From Reclinomonas americana ATCC 50394 (Eukaryota): a stretch of 36,148 nt of DNA. Both the position numbers and the translations under genes were made by a program. The stretch is taken from positions 52,846 through 88,993 of the forward strand of contig PS015290.1 in assembly GCA_048213135.1 (NCBI GenBank), in the 5' to 3' direction. Of this stretch, positions 34,201 through 36,148 are shown one piece after another (positions within the stretch are counted from its first letter, which is position 1; each line of letters begins with the position of its first letter). The notes under the pieces were generated by a model that saw only the letters and a program-made list of their open reading frames with translations, did not search any database and was not told where the DNA came from.

Positions 34201-35573
34201 CTGGCGTTATGCAAGCGCGTTGAGAATCACCGTGCACTTTCTCTGTCTCTCTCGCTTGTCTCAGCGCACCGCATCCGTGTAGATGCCAAACTTGAGACCC
34301 TTGCTGTGCACGTAGTCGGCTGCAACCATACAGACACACACACACACACACACAAGCAGTGAGTTGCATGCAGCAAACAACGCGTCCACTTGCCGCAACA
34401 CACCAAGCGCCTTGACGCCCGACGGGAACTTCTTCGGATCCGCAATCTGCAACACAGAGAGAGATAGAGAGCAAAGGAGAAGGAAAGGGGGCAAAGGAGA
34501 GGAGAAGTGGTGAGTGTAGTTGAGAAAGGAGCAGAGACGCAGGCAGAGAGACGGAAAGAGGAGGAGAAGTGGAAAGTGCAATTGAGAAGGAGACAGGCAG
34601 AGACAGGCAGAGAGAGAGAGGGAAAGAGAGAGCAAAGGAGAAGGAAAGGGGGCAAAGGAGAGACGGAAGGAGGAGAAGTGGAGAGTGCAATTGAGAAGGA
34701 CACAGACAGACAGGCGAGAAAGAGAGAGAGGTCACGCTCACAGCTTACATACCAACGTGCCACTCGAATCGCGGCCGATAAACACACTGTCACGCAGCTG
34801 CTCAGCAGAGGGCACACTATATCATCGCGCACACATGCACATATGCAGCTCACCAGTCGTCGAGGTTAACATACTGAGACAAGCAACATGAGCACACAAT
34901 GAGAGAGACACACACAAGAGAGAGAGAGACAACTCACCTCATAGCCCTGCGCTCACAAAGAGACTCGCCAGTGTGAGTGACACAGAGACACAATATGTGC
35001 ATCACAGACAAGCATATACACACCGCAGCCTTGAGCCCTGCATGCATGCAAGAGAGAGTGAGAGAGTGACAGAAAGACACTCACATGCACTCACACGCAC
35101 TCACCCTTGCTGACAAAGGCATCGGCGACTGTGTGCGCACACGTGTGAGTGTGAGAGAGAGTAAGAGAAAATGCAAGACTTGTCTCTCACCTCCGCGCAC
35201 AACACTCTCATCAATGTCGCACCCGTACTTGTTCCTGCACACACACACCCATAGTCACAAAGAGAGAGAGTGTGTGTGCGTGTGAGAGAGAGAGAGACTT
35301 ACACACCAGCTGCGGAGAATTACACAGTGTAAGCACATGAGCAGAGGCAGCGAGTGACAAGACGAGAGCAAGACACACCTGTTCCAGCCCATCTGCGGAG
35401 TCTGCACAGAGACAGAGAGAGACAGAGAAGGGGGTCAGTGCGTCTTTTTAAGTGAGACATGTCAAGCGTGTTTTGTGTGTTACCAGTCCAAGCCCATTGT
35501 TCAGCGCATACACCGGGCACAGAAGCGCAAGTGCCACCAGCAAGCAGACAAGCAGACGAGCACCGCTCAACAT
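31225..35573 (-). CDS. Alpha-galactosidase (GH27, melibiase-type), secreted/lysosomal; 27 exons, 1209-nt CDS (402 aa)
   Basis: Signal peptide followed by LNNGLGLTPQMGWNSWN, YVNLDDC, ADYVHSKGLKFGIY, GVDYLKVDWC (nucleophile Asp), FSMCEWG, NSWRTTGDI (acid/base Asp), GPGGWNDPDMLEVGN, APLLAGND and VIAINQD. All 26 modelled introns are phase-consistent. Confidence 0.95.
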
Positions 35574-35605
35574 TCTGCAATGAATAAACCCAGATTGATG
35601 AAAGT

Positions 35606-36087
35606 TCACTTGTTGTCTTCGTGTTCCTCCTCCTCGTCCAACAGGCTCTTCTTCATCTCTACGCGACTCGACTGCCGATCAAGCGCATGAGCATCACTAC
35701 ACGAGGCTTCACCATCTGCAATTGCAACAGTGGAGGCACGTGCACTGCTGCCATTGTTGACTGGATCCGGAGAAACGTCGGAAAACGGCTTCGAGTCTAC
35801 AGCTGGTGGTGGTGGCGGAGGTGGAGGTGGAGGAGGTACGACATGTGGATCCTTGCGGCGTGCGGCCAGGTAGAGCACCCAGCAGCCGAAGAGGAAGTGG
35901 ATGGTGGCGGGGACGAGGAGCGAGTAGGTGTCGATGTGGATGATGAGGAGCATGGAGAGGGCACCGGCGCCGAAAAACGTCATGAGGAAGGGCACAAAGA
36001 CGGAGAGGCGCCAGACGAGACGCCGGTCGCGTTGCACGACCCAGAGACCGGAGATGGTGCCAATGTCGTTCGAGATGCCCGTCATGT
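35606..36087 (-). CDS. Last exon of a multi-pass membrane protein, DUF1275/YoaK-like (5' part outside the window)
   Basis: Acceptor gcgcag|, then (H)MTGISNDIG (resembles the YoaK TH(M/V)TG..TD.G motif), hydrophobic helices (FLMTFFGAGALSMLL, LLVPATIHFLFG), a Pro-rich linker and an acidic tail. Confidence 0.6.
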
Positions 36088-36148
36088 CTGCGCACGCATA
36101 ATGAGATACAGCACAACAAGTTGCACGCAAAGGGAAGGAGCAGGCGCG

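Noticed and set aside
22505-35573. Stop-codon reassignment or alternative genetic code
   Set aside because: All interruptions here are explained by introns, and the spliced models are open in the standard code. TAA, TAG and TGA all serve as terminators in the window.

Overview
Gene-dense, extremely intron-rich eukaryotic genomic DNA from a draft scaffold with many N gaps and many GA/GT/GAGT microsatellites. The host is probably a flagellated protist; I cannot name the taxon. I spliced the gene models by hand. In order: two tandem intronless WD40 paralogues; a WBP11/ELF5-like splicing factor; an ankyrin + coiled-coil gene; a nucleoside diphosphate kinase with an N-terminal extension; a BLOC-1 subunit 4-like gene; a Tse2-like ADP-ribosyltransferase; a large CCDC162/DUF4549-like gene; a BLOC-1 subunit 5-like gene; a secreted bacterial-type EEP hydrolase; a 27-exon GH27 alpha-galactosidase; and the last exon of a DUF1275/YoaK-like membrane protein. 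The most notable signals concern splicing. About 11 of about 82 modelled donors use an atypical non-G|GTTGCG 5' splice site that looks like a 1-nt-shifted copy of the usual G|GTGCG donor. One intron has clear U12-type (minor spliceosome) signals. The galactosidase needs a 3-nt microexon and a GC-AG intron, and starts only 32 nt after the upstream stop codon. All family assignments come from motif recognition by eye; no database search was run.
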